Below, in pieces: positions 42,418 through 56,594 of a stretch of 64,000 bases of DNA. Location: NCBI GenBank assembly GCA_964016885.1, contig OZ024743.1, positions 76,198,001-76,262,000 on the forward strand. Direction: 5' to 3'. The position numbers were made by a program, and so were the translations under genes. The DNA comes from Eledone cirrhosa (Eukaryota). Position 1 is the first letter of the stretch. Each line of letters opens with the position of its first letter. The notes under the pieces are model-generated. The model was not told the origin of the DNA, searched no databases, and was given only the letters and a program-made list of their open reading frames with translations.

Positions 42418-43295
42418 AAATACCTCAGATTTATTAGTTCATTTATTAGGGTAGTATTACTCTTTCTTGAGTTTATTTCTTGACTTATCATAATTAAAGT
42501 AAAGATGGAGATCTGGGTACAATTGTGTTTCCAACTCATTTATGTCTCGAATTTGATTAGTATACAATAATTGTTTCTACTTTTGGCACAAGGCCAGCAA
42601 TTATCCCAGTGTATTACTGGTACTTTATTTTATCGTCCCCATAAGGATGAAAGGCAAAGTTAACCTTGGCGGAATTTGAACTCAAATCATAAAGGGACGT
42701 AACAAAGTATGGCTCCGACCCTCTACCGATACTGCCAATTCACCGCCCTTGATTAGTTTACAATATTGATTAGTATACAATAATGTCGTACGACTTTATC
42801 AACTGGGAGTTGATCATTATCAGTTTTGAATAATAAACCCAACATATTCGAAATACAGTAAATATCAAAACAGAATCTGATTGGTTACAAAGTTTGTCTG
42901 TCACCTAAACAAATATATGACTATATACATGTAGAGGCGGGTGGCCTAGTGGTAAAGATGGCCTAGGATTAGGATTATAATGTCGTGAGCTCAATTACTG
43001 GGCGGGTTGTGTGTTACGTTCTTGAGCAAAACACTTCATTTCACGTTGCTTCAATATACTCAGCTGTGGGTACCAGCCATAGCTGGGGGTTTAACCCTGT
43101 GAGAGATTGGCTTCCTGTTCTGGGAGGAGCCATGTACTCTCAGTCGCTTAACGCCACGAAACCAGGATAAGCACCGGCCTGATGATCCTCCTGTTTTGTG
43201 ACAGACTTTGACCCTGTGATGGACTGACATCCTGTCCAGTGGGGAGTCTTGTACTATCATTCACTTCACGCAACGAAACAACTCATCACCATAGG

Positions 43296-43430
43296 CGCTG
43301 AGATGGCCAGCCGCAGGTGTGAGCCTCGCGAGCTGGAATGGCTCTTCCAGCGCGACTCCTTTGCCGTCCTCCGGGGAAACGCCTTCTAAATTCTGTCCGC
43401 CAGGGCTGTGGGGAGGCCACCAATATGATT
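43296..43430 (+). mobile_element. CRE-clade-like LINE 3' fragment
   Basis: Closely similar to the reverse complement of 60693-60825; contains an in-frame stop. Confidence 0.65.
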
Positions 43431-43606
43431 GACTGACTTGTCATTTTATCAGTCAGATGTTTTTAGAAGCACTGACCTAACGAACCTTCTAGCTTGAGAC
43501 AGAGTTTGGACATGGTGCCAAATGTCCCATCTGTCGCATCAAGAATAAAGACTACATACTACAATAGCTTTTTAATAAGCTGCTAAAAAATCTGAGAGAT
43601 TTTCAT

Positions 43607-43641
<35 letters not shown>

Positions 43642-44369
43642 CAGCTCACATCTATGCAGGTTTAGCTGGCCTCCTCCAAGGTATATCTCGTTGGAGGTGT
43701 CTTGGGTGATTTAATCATAGGGACCCCAGTCTCATTTCTACAGCTGAGCAAACTGGAGAAACGTGAAATAAAGTGTCTTGCTCAAGGAAACAACACATCA
43801 CCCGGTCCGAGAATTGAACTCACAACCTTTCGATTGCAAGCCCAATGCTCTAACCACTAAGCCATGCGCCTTCACATGGTGTGCATGTAGATGTTTTCAA
43901 AAGACATCTCCACATTCTACTGACCAAGATCCCCGGAGTAACCCACAGCACCAGGCGAAGCACAAACAAGACCAGCAACAACAAACTCCCTTTTGCATCA
44001 ATGGCCAACCAGGGAAAGCTGGTTGTAGAAAGTGCCCAACCTGTCGGCTGTAACAGTTAATAGGATGATAGACTAATAGTACGTGTGAGTGATACAGAGA
44101 CAGGGGTTGAATAAAATCCAATCAGAATTTCTATTGTATTTAAAACACTTTTTCTCTTTCCCATATATTGCGGTCAAATATGAAGTACTCGGATTTCTAT
44201 TTACATTTAAGATGTTTAAATTGTAAAACCAATTTCTTTGTATATTAAGTATACAATCTTTATTATTGATAAATGTCCTAATGAGAAATTTCAGATGTCT
44301 ATGTGTAAATTGGAGTATACCTGCAAAAAGTAACTTTTATGTATTAATATTTATGTATTTATGTGTATG

Positions 44370-44472
<103 letters not shown>

Positions 44473-44662
44473 ATGTGTGTTTGGGGGGACGCATGTGTCT
44501 GTATATATGTGTGTATGTATAAGCCCATGCATGAAGCAAGCCTGGGAGCATATGAATTTAATATGTTCACATTAGATTCTAGCTTGTGTTGGCCAGTTTC
44601 CAAACACATCTGCTTTTGTCGATAGTATTTAGCCGCTGATAGTATATTGCTTCAAATATATA

Positions 44663-44712
<50 letters not shown>

Positions 44713-44716
<4 letters not shown>

Positions 44717-44950
44717 ATTAGAAAGTGAACAACACAAAATATAATTACTCCATTACCAAACGTTTCTGGATCACAGACGATAATAATATACGTCTGGATC
44801 GTTCGTCAGACATCTCAGACATTGTTTGTGATCCAAAAACCTTTGGTAATGGAGTAGTTATATTTTGTGTTGTTCACTTTCTAAATAAATAGCTCTGTTC
44901 TATACATAGAGCACTCTTCTTTCCTTTGCTTTTCCTTCCGAATTACCTAA
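44713..44950. mobile_element. Hammerhead-bearing inverted-repeat element
   Basis: Inverted arms spanning about 44713-44890; minus strand CTGACGA..GATCCAGACG...CGTCTGTGATC..GAAA-CGTTTGG-TA. Confidence 0.65.
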
Positions 44951-45097
44951 CACACGCACGCACACACGCACATATATATATATATAGATAGATAGGTAGA
45001 TAGATAGATAGATATGATAACGAACATGTTACATCACATTTGAGCTAATAATTGATATGAAAACTTGAATGCAGTAGTACATACACACGCGTGTTTC

Positions 45098-45161
<64 letters not shown>

Positions 45162-45604
45162 GAATAATCGAGAATCGGAATATCAGCCCACGAAATCACG
45201 ATAAACAATATCCGATGTATGTGGCAGAGGGCTCAATAATTTAGAAAAATCAGAGCTATAACTATCGTTAAAATACCAACACATAGAGATCATGCCTAAA
45301 ATCACCCATGCAGCCGAAAGAGAACGACCAGGAAGATTCGGGTCACTCAAATAAAATTTCAATAATTTTATAAATTAAATGAATGTAAAAAATATATATA
45401 TAAACAGTTTACGAAAGTCAGCGAAGGAGAGAGAGGAAGTGAGAAGGGGTTATAGAGGAACATTCGACACCAGTACTTGATTGGTACTCCCTATTGCATT
45501 GAGTACTCCCATGATTTGTGGTCTCCCCGGTCTCAGTACCACCGACTCTTTCTCTCTCTCTGTATATATTTGCACAACATTCTCTCTCTGTGTGTATATA
45601 TTTG

Positions 45605-45657
<53 letters not shown>

Positions 45658-46057
45658 TGACTGCTGAAGAAGTTTTTGTTCATATATTTGGTCTGTAAGT
45701 CTGCTATATAATATAATTATTTCTACTTCTGGCACAAGGCCAGCAATTATCCCAGTGTATTATTGGTACTATATTTTATCGACCCCGTAACGATAAAAGG
45801 CAAAGTTAACCTCGGCGGGATTTTAACTCAGACCATAAAGGGCCGTAACTCTATGCTGCAAAGTATGGCGTCCGACCCTCTACCGATACTGCCAATCCAC
45901 CCCCGTGCGTAAGTCTGCTATATAATGTAATGTAGAGGCAATATTTGGTCTTAGTATCTTTGAAATATTTACTTCCGAATACAGATTGATTTTTCTCAGT
46001 TTCAGGTAATCACGCTTAAGGTGAAAGCAGAAATTTATTGCTTAAACTTTTAATATG

Positions 46058-46104
<47 letters not shown>

Positions 46105-46787
46105 TTGTTTGTGTATATATAAGGAAAAGAAATTGAAAATGCAACTGGAGTATTTTAAGAATATTTATTTATTTACTTTACCGGTTTCACAGTTCTTATG
46201 ATTTTCAAAAGTAAAATTCAGATGGAGGGTTTGTGTTTCTGCTGTGATAAAGTAAACAAATAAATATTCTTAAAAGCCTCCAGTTGCATTTTCAATTTCT
46301 TTTTCTTATACTTTCACCTGTGCTTTCGTGAAGTAAATACGTTTGTTTATATTTTGTTTTTGTGTATGCAAAAATTTATCTGTACACGAATATATAATTA
46401 TATATATATATATATTAAAATAACAGATTAAAGTTTAAGCAAAGAATCGCTGCTTTCACCTTTAACGGGATCTCTGAAACTAAAAAGATCAATCTGTGAA
46501 CGCAGAAGTAAATATTTCTAAAAACGTTGCAACCGAAAGAAAACAGGAAGATGATACTTTGGATCGTGAAGACGTTAGGAATGTCGTATAACCGGAAGTG
46601 TTGACATTTGAAAATTTTAAAGAAGTGAATATTTAAATAATGTCTTTAATCTTTTAACAAAATTCAGTAGACAAAAATACCCCCACTTTCTTACTTGGAA
46701 AAAGTTACATCAATGGTGCAAATTTGGTGCCGTTTGGTCCAGCCGCTTGGCAGAAAGTTTGTTATTTACATCAGCTTTATAGTATAG

Positions 46788-46839
<52 letters not shown>

Positions 46840-47254
46840 CGATGAATTTGATTTGGGAGGTTTTTGATATGAAATCGTGTGTCGAAACAAATATTGTTAT
46901 ACTTGAGGAGGGTCATATTGTTGTAATAATATTCCCAGAAATAATAACAGAACACACTCATTGTTTGGTTCGTTTTCGCTTATGTATCTTTTATATCTCC
47001 ACAGTTAGTTTATTCGGTCCTCAATGTTTACTATTGACTGACTAACGGTCAAAAATACAGATATAATATAGATATAAACACATATATATAGTCTAACAAA
47101 GTTCTTTTGTTGCATATCTGCAACATCATCAGTGGTACTATTATGTTCCTCCTCTTGTATTGTATATCTACACCATTTTTACTTTATCTGTTAATTTATT
47201 TATTTTTGTCTTCTTCTCTGGGTATGCGTATATAATAATAATAATAATAATAAT

Positions 47255-47523
47255 AAAGTGGGAGGTAAAAAGGATTTGGAACTGCCATGAAGTCAAAGTG
47301 GTCCCGATTGTCATAGGCGCACTAGGTACTATCTCAAAAAGTTTCCAGGGATGGTTAAAGAAAATTGGCCCCTTCACGCTTTTTGGAACGCTTCAAAAGG
47401 CATGCTTGCTGGGAACAGCAAGAACCCTCCGATACGTCCTGAATATCTGAGGCTGCAGGTAGTGGCTTGATATTCATTTCAACAAACTTTCCAGTTAACT
47501 AACATCAATGACTGAGACTCAAA

Positions 47524-47525
<2 letters not shown>
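47255..47525 (+). mobile_element. R4/Dong-clade LINE 3' fragment between (TAA)n tracts
   Basis: KWEVKRIWNCHEVKVVPIVIGALGTISK...LQKACLLGTARTLRYVL is the typical R4/Dong C-terminus. Confidence 0.8.
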
Positions 47526-47560
<35 letters not shown>

Positions 47561-47562
<2 letters not shown>

Positions 47563-49819
47563 TTTCTTTATTGGCCACAAGGGCTGACATCAAGAAAAAA
47601 CATTACAGACGGTACAGGACGGTACGATGTGGGCTTTGTGTGTGTAAAGATTTTTATTATTTATATAAGAAAAGAAAAAGAAAAAAGACATAGAAACATA
47701 TATATATATATATATATATAAACAATAAACATGAAAATTCAAACAATGAAAAATTCCCCAATAGGGGGAAACCTCCGAGGGTTACTCGTAGCGAAAACCA
47801 CACAAAAAACCACGGCCACCCTGACCACCAGAGCAAGCGCCCTCTCTCAATTTTTCCATTTCTCAAACTTCAGGCGTATATTCAGAGCGGTCCCATTCAC
47901 TCGGACCATTCTCGCTACATTCACCCACCTTTCAACAAACTTGCTAGAAAGCAGCACTTGCCTCTCCACCCTGATTTTCCTCTTCAAGTGAAACTTGAAG
48001 AAGTTAATTAGGGATTCGCCGAAGATGAAAGTGTCTGACTTTAACACTTTCAACCTTGTTCACCACGCAATCTCTTTCGCCATGGCCACCAGGCAGATGA
48101 AAACCGCCTGCCCTTCCTCATCGAAGGAAGACCATGGGAGCGCATCCCTTCCACAAAAAGCGTAAGAGGAGGCGCTCCATTTTGGTGAGAGTTGGGCCGG
48201 GGAAAGGGACTACGGTGAGGTGGTAGCAGATGACGGATGCGATGTATGCATTCGCCACCTCCGCCCGGCATTTCAGGGACAGCTTCCTCTCGTCACATTT
48301 CTGGGTGAGGGAGGTCACCCTGCTCGTCACCTCGCTCCAGTTTTTCTTCATCTGGAGATCCGGTCCGAACCAGACCTCGAGCAATTTAACCGGTCCGTCC
48401 GTCCAACGCCCCACGAGGCTGTCTGACGGCATGGACTTGCCTCTCCTGGTGCCGAGCTGCAAGCCCACCGACTTTTCCTGGTTTATCTTTGCTCCTGTCA
48501 CCGCTTCGTATTCCTTGAGAGCGGTGCCGAGCATCTGGATGTGTTTGGTGCTCGACACCCCCACGGTGACGTCGTCGGCGTAAGCTGACTCGGATTTCCC
48601 GCATCCTAGTTCGCGTGGGACGCCCCTCATCGCCCCCAGTTTGTGCAGTAACGGCTCGAGAGCCATACGTACAAGAGGGACGAGAGGGGACAACCCTGGC
48701 GGACCGAGCGGATGATGCTGAACGGCTGCAATGGTGACCGTTCGCCCTCACAACTGAGCAGATGTCGCTTTACATCGCAGCGATCCAACCTCTGAAAACG
48801 GGCCCGAAAGCGGCTGCCTCGAGGACTGCCGCCAGGTACCGATGGTCGACCCTATCGAATGCTTTGGATTAATCCAAGTTGATCAGAGCCCCACCCGTGC
48901 TAGGTTCCTTAACCACCCTCTCTACAATGTATCGCATGAGGTGAAGGTTGTCGTGTATGGATCTGTCTGGAATGGCGCATGTCTGCGCCTCTCCCACCAG
49001 ACCCTCGACGACAAGCACCAACCTAGTTGCTAACACCTTGAACAACTCTGCGTTTAGCAGGGTTATGGGCCTGAAGTTATCGATAACATCCCCCTTGTTC
49101 GGGTCTTTTATCAGCAGCACCACCGCTCCCCGGCTCACAAAACTGGGAATGCTCCCGTTCTGCTGCCAGTTGCAGTAGATGTCTGCCAAGAAGTCACCGA
49201 ACAAGTTGGCATAAATGCATAAAGCTCGTAGGGCAGACCATCCAAACCTGGCAATTTACCCCTCGTGCAGTTAGCCATCGCTTCCCGTATTTCACCTGCT
49301 GTTATTGGCTTTTCGCAACACTGTGTTGCGGTCGTCGTGAGCCGAGGCAGTCCGTCGAGGTATGCACTGAAGTCCATACCCCGATCCGGCCCACCACTGC
49401 TCCCGAACAGTTCAGCAAAGTGCTGCTGAAAAGCCTCACACATCTGCTCGGGTTCGAGCAACACGCGCCCGTTTTGGTCAGACAAAGACCTAATTGTGGC
49501 TTTGTTGCCAGGTCGCGCCTCTGCCACCCGGGCCCATTGGATGGCTTTTGTCCCCTCGTGTTTCAGAGCACGCGCTCTAGTTCTGACAACGCAGCCTTCC
49601 TGTTTTGCGTTGAAGAATTGGTCGAGTGCCAATCTCGCTGCAAGTACGTCGGTTGCGATGCCTGTCCTAAACGCCTCTTCTAGCTTTCTGACTAGCTCTC
49701 CTTCTACTCTATTTTCCTCTATCACTAGTCCTTTGCTAAACCTAATCGACTCTACTTTAATTACCCTTTTCAGGGCGAACCACCACCTGTTGTTGACGAC
49801 CGCTCCCGTCAACGCGCAT
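47561..49819 (-). mobile_element. Degenerate Tx1/L1-like LINE (RT, frameshifted, internal deletion near 48130)
   Basis: KLPGLDGLPYELY, NFRPITLLNAELFKVLATRL, QTCAIPDRSIHDNL, INLD and AYADDVTV motifs in shifting frames; 3' UTR with AATAAA running into (ATT)n. Confidence 0.9.
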
Positions 49820-49842
49820 AGTAATAATAATAATAATAATAA

Positions 49843-50640
49843 TGCTTTCTTTATTAACCACAAGGATCTACATAAAGTAGACATTAAGGACAGTACAGGA
49901 CAATACAGGGCGGTACAAATGGGCATTTCTGCGTGTAAAAAACAAGAAACAGAGGATGTAATAATAGAACAATGAAAAAATTCCCCAATAGGGGGGAGAC
50001 TTCCGAGGGACATTCGTGGAGAAAGCCCATTAAAAAGCCACAGTGACCCTGACCACCAGGGCAAGTGCCCTCTCCCAGTTTTCCACCTTTAATTTACAGA
50101 CACATACTCAGAGTAGGCCCATTCACTCGGGCCATTCTTGTCTCTCTCACCCATCTTTCAACAAAATGTTGGGAAGAGAGCACTTCCCTTTCTACCCTGA
50201 TTTTCCTTTTTAAATGAAATTTGAAAAAGTTAATCAGGGCATCACCGAAGAGGTAAGTGCTCGTCTTCAGCCCTTTCAAACGTGTCCACCATACTATCTC
50301 TTTCGCCTTGGCCACCAGACAGATAAAAACTGCCTTCCCTTCCCGGCTAAAGGAAGAGGGCAGAGCAATCCTCACGATGGACTCAGCTGATAGCTGGATC
50401 CGTCCTACACGCGACAGCAGGTGTTCGACATAAACCCACAAGTCAGTAATGCTCGGACACTGGACGAGTGCGTGCAGGACGGTTTCGTCGCCCTGTGCGC
50501 ATCTCGGACATGCCCGGCTGACGGCACCTCCATGCCTGTAGAGTTTATCCCGAACTGGCAAAGCTCCTCGGTAGCACTGCCAGGCCAGGGACTTCTGGAA
50601 GTTGTCCATAGGCCCCGGCCCGAAAGTTCTTCCGAAGAGA
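49843..50640 (-). mobile_element. Second, 5'-truncated Tx1/L1-like LINE copy
   Basis: LAWQCYRGALPVRDKL...CPRCAQGDETVLHALVQCP (zf-RVT-type Cys/His motif); 3' UTR homologous to 47561-47860; ends in (ATT)n. Confidence 0.88.
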
Positions 50641-51303
50641 TTGGCTAACCGAATACCTAAACAGGCATGACAGAGCTGCACAATACATACATTGGATAAT
50701 GTGTAAGCATTTTGACCTGCCCCATCAAAAGAATTGGTGGGAACATCAACCACCTCCCATACTTGAAAAAGATCACATCTCAATCTTGTGGAACTTTAGC
50801 ATCCAAACAGACCGAAAAATAGATGCAAATAGACCTGATATAATACTGAAGGACTTTAAAAAGAGGGTATGCCTGCTAATTGATATGTCCGTTCCAATAG
50901 ACAAGAATGTATCTATAAAAACATTTGAAAAATTGAGCAAGTATAAGGACCTGGAGATAGAAATTGGAAAAATGTGGAAATTGAGAACTAAAACAATACC
51001 AGTGGTTGTAGGCGCTCTAAGAATGATACCTAAGGGGTCTAATGATTACTTATCGCAAATCCCAGGAAACCCGCATATAAGAGAAATACAAAAGATAGTA
51101 CTAATGGGAACTGCCCATATACTAAGGAAGATTCTGTCAATATAAGTACATCACAAGTCTAAACACCTAAAGATGCATGTGTGTGTATGTATGTTCTTTC
51201 TTGAACATGGCGGACCTTGTTGTCTCTTGAGGTCACTGGTTGTGACTTGGTGATAACTCGTATGAACATAAAGCAAGATAAATGCAACTATAATAATAAT
51301 AAC
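50641..51303 (+). mobile_element. R4/Dong-clade LINE 3' fragment (restriction-like endonuclease)
   Basis: EYLNRHDRAAQYIHW...ILWNFSIQTDRKIDANRPDII...LLIDMSVP...EKLSKYKDL; ends in (TAA)n. Confidence 0.88.
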
Positions 51304-51507
51304 AGTGAGTAAAATCGAAGTTGCAGCTGCGATTAGCCTCTTTCGAAATCAATCTTCAGAAGCTGGCTCGGAGCACTCAATGAGATGATATCGATAAATC
51401 GATAAATTATAGCTCAGTGTAATAAGAATACGTTAGGGGTGTGACAGTGAAAGTTGCGGCCGGATAAATGTTGCCACAAAAGCCACCACAACAACGAAAA
51501 TACAAAC

Positions 51508-51622
<115 letters not shown>

Positions 51623-51708
51623 ATGTTGGTTGTATACCAACACCTCAGTATGCAGGCTGGAGCACTCGACGAAGTGCGTAGGTTGGTTTGGTTACTCCGG
51701 AGTAATGT

Positions 51709-52088
51709 AAAATAAAGTTAAATAAAAAGTCAAATGTTTAAAATTTAGCTTCGTTTATTACTGCTATATATATTTCAGTGACAGCCATCTTTGGCTGTGA
51801 CCTCTTCTGGCAGTTTGAATTAGTGTGGTATAGACAAGTACATATGTTGTTGAGATGTATAATTTTGTCAATACTCTGATATGCCCAGTTCCTGGTTGGG
51901 TTGTTATTTCACTGAGGAACTGGAATCATATGTACTTGTCTATACCACACATATGTACTTGTCTATACCACACTAATTCAAACTGCCTGAAGAGGTCACA
52001 GCCAAAGATGGCTGTCACTGAAATATATATACCAGTAATAAACGAAGCTAAATTTTAAACATTTGACTTTTTATTTAACTTTATTTTA
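51709..52088. mobile_element. Hammerhead-bearing inverted-repeat element
   Basis: Arms about 140 bp. At 51982-52036(+): ACTGC-CTGAAGA-GGTCACAGCC-AAAGAT-GGCTGTCACT-GAAA-TATATA-TA-CCAGT; the other arm has the stem-restoring GCAGT but a mutated core. Confidence 0.75.
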
Positions 52089-52145
52089 TATATATATTTA
52101 TATATGTATATATATATATATATATTATATATATATATTATATAT

Positions 52146-52181
<36 letters not shown>

Positions 52182-52182
52182 T

Positions 52183-52261
<79 letters not shown>

Positions 52262-52879
52262 AACCTATATATGTAAATTTCTGTGTTGTGTCGGGAGGTA
52301 ACGGCAGTTAAAATAGGTACTCAATACATTGGTAGAGTACAGGCATGTTTTATTTTATATAGAAATGATTTCTAGAGGAGTGGAACTGACTCATATGAAA
52401 TCAGCTGGGTATTCCTGATGATTTCATACGATGTCAGAAATCATGGGGGAAGGGGAAGTTGATTTTATCGACACCAGTTCATTACTGGTACTTTATTTTA
52501 TCGACCATGTAAGGATGAAAGATAAAGCTAACCTCGGCTGGATTTGAACTCAGAAAGTAAAGTGCCGTTTACTCTATCCCACAGAGCATGCTGTCTGACG
52601 CTCTACCAATTACTAACAATCCACCATCATACGAATAAAAATAAAAATAATAATAATAAGGAAAAATATGAATGAAAGTATGATACAGTAAATGTAACTA
52701 AAACTATTATTTTATTTTACCATTTCCCTGGTCTTAAGTATTATATTTTCATTTAATGCAGTTGTGAAGGTAGAGAACATATCTTGGGTTAATGACTTCC
52801 TAGTTGGTTGTTTTATGTCGGACAATATACAAAAATGGCAGTTAAGACACATCATCATTTTCTCATTAAACTTTCATAA

Positions 52880-52936
<57 letters not shown>

Positions 52937-53008
52937 ATACATTAACAGAGAAAGCCTTAAGCGATACTCTGACCAACTCCATCTCACTCAACAAACATTA
53001 GGATATAC

Positions 53009-53044
<36 letters not shown>

Positions 53045-53596
53045 CGACGGCTGAGCTCCGGCCGTTTCGACAGCTAGATCCGAACTCAGTTCGGATTTAG
53101 CTGTCGAAACGGCCGGACAGCTGTCGAAACAGCCGTCGGAGTCCTGGCTCTTTTCCTATTATCCACTCTACTACCCTAAGTATCGAGTACTCTGGTGCGT
53201 TATGGTTCACCTGGTTTCTTACTACACTTTCTTTGTTATATATATGTATATATATATATATAGTAATAATAAATGTGAAGACTAAAATCCAAAGAGGGCT
53301 CGATAAGTATAAATATATATCAAATATATAAGAACCATAGATCCCGTTAAGGGTGAAAGCAACGATTGTTTGCTTAAACTTTAATCTGTTATTTTAATAT
53401 ATATAAATATATATTGGAAAATGTGTAAGATCCTTGGTACAGTTGGGTATATTTGAAAAAAAAGAAAAGAATGACTTCATTTGTAGTTCTAAATAATTGT
53501 ATTTGTTAACTTCGGTGGGAAGAATTTTAAAGATTCCTGGTTAACTTTCGTTGAGAACTTTCTCGCATTCATCGGTGGCGATTGTCAAACTGTGTG

Positions 53597-53697
<101 letters not shown>

Positions 53698-54214
53698 AGT
53701 AGAGAGTCGGGTGGAAACGGCTGAGCTTTTGACGTTTCCTCTCTGGTGTGTATGTATGTGTTAGTGAACGATTAGTAACCGTAATTGAGGCAGGTTAGCT
53801 TTGCCTTTCATTCTTACGAGCTCGATAAACTAATGTACCAGTAATGCACTGGGTTCGATATAATCAACTGTCCCCTCCCCTCCACAAATTGCTGGCCTTG
53901 TACCTACATTAGAAACCCAGTATCGGTAGAGGGTTGGACGCTATGCTTTCTAGCATAGTTACCTCCCTTTACTGTCTGAGTTCAAATCCCGCCGAGGTTA
54001 ACTTTGCCTTTCATCCTTACGGGTCGATAAAATGAAGTACCAGTAATGTACTGGATAATTTGCTGGCCTTGTGCCAAAAGTAGAAACAATTATTATTAAG
54101 TTATTGTTCTCTACACTTCACACTTCATATTCTATTATTGTTGATTACATTACTGATTTATTGAATAACACGAAAATAGATTATATATGTGGCTGTCTCT
54201 TTAAAGTATCTATC

Positions 54215-54355
54215 GCTTACACTGTCTCTCTCTCTCATATACTGTCTCTCTCTCTCATACACACTCTCTCTCTCATACACTGTCTGTCTCTCTGTCTCAC
54301 ACATACACCGTCTCTCTCTCTCTCTCACATACACTGTCTCTCTCTCTCACAAACA

Positions 54356-54405
<50 letters not shown>

Positions 54406-56063
54406 TACACTGTCTCTCTCTCACATACACTGTCTTTCTCTCTCTCACATACACTGTCTCTCTCTCTCTCTCTTTCTCTCCTACACTGCCCCCCTCTCTC
54501 TCACTGTCTCTCTCTCTCTAACTCTCTCTCTCTCACATACACTGTCTCTCTCTCTCTCTCTCTCTTTCACTCTCTCACTCCCTCTCACTCTCACTCCCTC
54601 TCTCACACACACATACACTGTCTCTCTCTCTCTCCCTCACAGTATCACTCGCTCACACACACACACGTGTGTGTGTTTATGTCTATATATGAATATGTGT
54701 GTGTGTTTATGTGTGTATTTGTGTGTGTTTATGTCTATATATATGTGTGTGTGTTTGTGTGTTTGTGTGTGTGTTTATGTGTGCGTGTGTGTTTATGTGG
54801 GTGTGTTTATGTGTGTTTGTGTTTATGTGTGTGTATATTTGTGTGTGTATGTCTGTGTTTATGTATGTGTGTGTGTATTTGTGTTTGTGTTTATGTCTGT
54901 GTGTTTGCGTTTATGTGTATATGTGTATTTATGGCTGTGTTTATGTGTGTTTGTGTTTATGTGCGTGTATTTATGTTTGTGCATTTGTGTGTTTGTGTGT
55001 GTGTGTATTTGTGTGTTTGTGTAATGTGTTGTGTATATGTGTGTCTGTATGTGTGTGCATATATGTGTATGTACGTGTGTGTATTGGTGTGTCTGTGTGT
55101 GTGTGTGTTTGTCTATGTGTGTATGTATGTGTGTGTATATGTGTGTATGTGTGTTGTGTATGTATGTGTGTATGTATGTATGTATGCGTGTGTGTGTGTA
55201 TGTATGCGTATGTATGTGTATTTGTGTGTGTGTGTATGTGTATTGGTGTGTCTGTGTGTCTGTGTATATGTATGTATGTGTATGTATGTGTGTGTGTATG
55301 TGTATGTGTATCGGTGTGTCTGTGTGTCCGTGTAACTTTGTATATGTATGTGTGTGTGTATGTGTATATATGTGCGTATGTGTGTGTATATGTGTGTGTA
55401 TGCACCGTCTGTATTATAGTGTACGTATCTCCCCATTCCCCCAACAAACACCGTTATTCCAGTGTAAAATGAAATAACTGTTTCTACTTTTGGCACAAGG
55501 CCAGCAATTACCCCAGTGTATTACTGGTACTTTATTTTATCGACCCCGTAAGGATGAGAGGCAAAGTTAACCTCGGCGGGATTTGAACTCAGAATGGCAA
55601 GGGCCGTAACTCAATGCTGGAAAGCATGGCGTCCGACCCTCTACCGAACTGCCAATCAAATACGAGTTAGTTTGGAGGTCCTTCAGCAAGGAAAAGCTTG
55701 CATCTGCCTGATACATGAGATGTGTAAACTGTTGGAGTGTTGACCATAAATAACAACACTGGCCTTGCTAATTATCTCCATACATTCCTTCACACACATG
55801 CTGGAGGGCTGGCCCTGGGAGTGTGGAGCTGTATTACGCAGTGTTACTGTGTACTTGCAGATTGGAACGTATGTGTGTGTGGATGGTGTGTCAGGCTGAT
55901 GTGTGTGTGTGTGTGTGTCAGGCTGATGTGTGTGTATGTGTGTGTGGTGTGAGAGGCTAACTGTGGATATATCTGTGAGTGTGTGTGTGTGTGGATGGTG
56001 TGTCAGGCTGATGTGTGTGTATGTGTGTGTATGCGTGTGTGTGGTGTGAGAGGCTGACTGTGG

Positions 56064-56115
<52 letters not shown>

Positions 56116-56312
56116 ATTGTGTGTCAGGCTGATGTGTGTGTATGTGTGTGTGAGTGTGTGTGTGGTGTGAGAGGCTGACTGGATGTATGTGTGAGTGTGT
56201 GTGTGTGTCTGTGTGTGTGGATGGTGTGTGAAGCTGAGTGTGGATATATGTGTGAGTGTGTGTGTGTGTGGGTGTATGGTGTGTGAGGATGACTGGATAT
56301 ATATGTGAGTTA

Positions 56313-56353
<41 letters not shown>

Positions 56354-56388
56354 TTTGTGTATGGTGTGTGAAGCTGAGTGTGGATACA

Positions 56389-56420
<32 letters not shown>

Positions 56421-56590
56421 TCCGTGTGTGAAACTGAGTGTGGATACATGTGAGTGTGTGTGTGTATGTCTGTAAGTGTGTATGTGCGCGCGTGTGTGTA
56501 CATTTACATACATTTATGTCTGTGTGTGTATGTGTGTGCGTGTGTGTGTTTTTGTGTATATGTGTATGTTTGTGTGTATATGTATGTATG
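54215..56590. repeat. Block of degenerate (CT)n/(GT)n microsatellites interrupted by a SINE
   Basis: Directly visible. Confidence 0.9.
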
Positions 56591-56594
56591 TTTA

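Noticed and set aside
50094-50783. 229-aa ORF as a single protein
   Set aside because: Chimeric read-through: its N-terminus is the antisense of a Dong fragment joined to a Tx1-like C-terminus.
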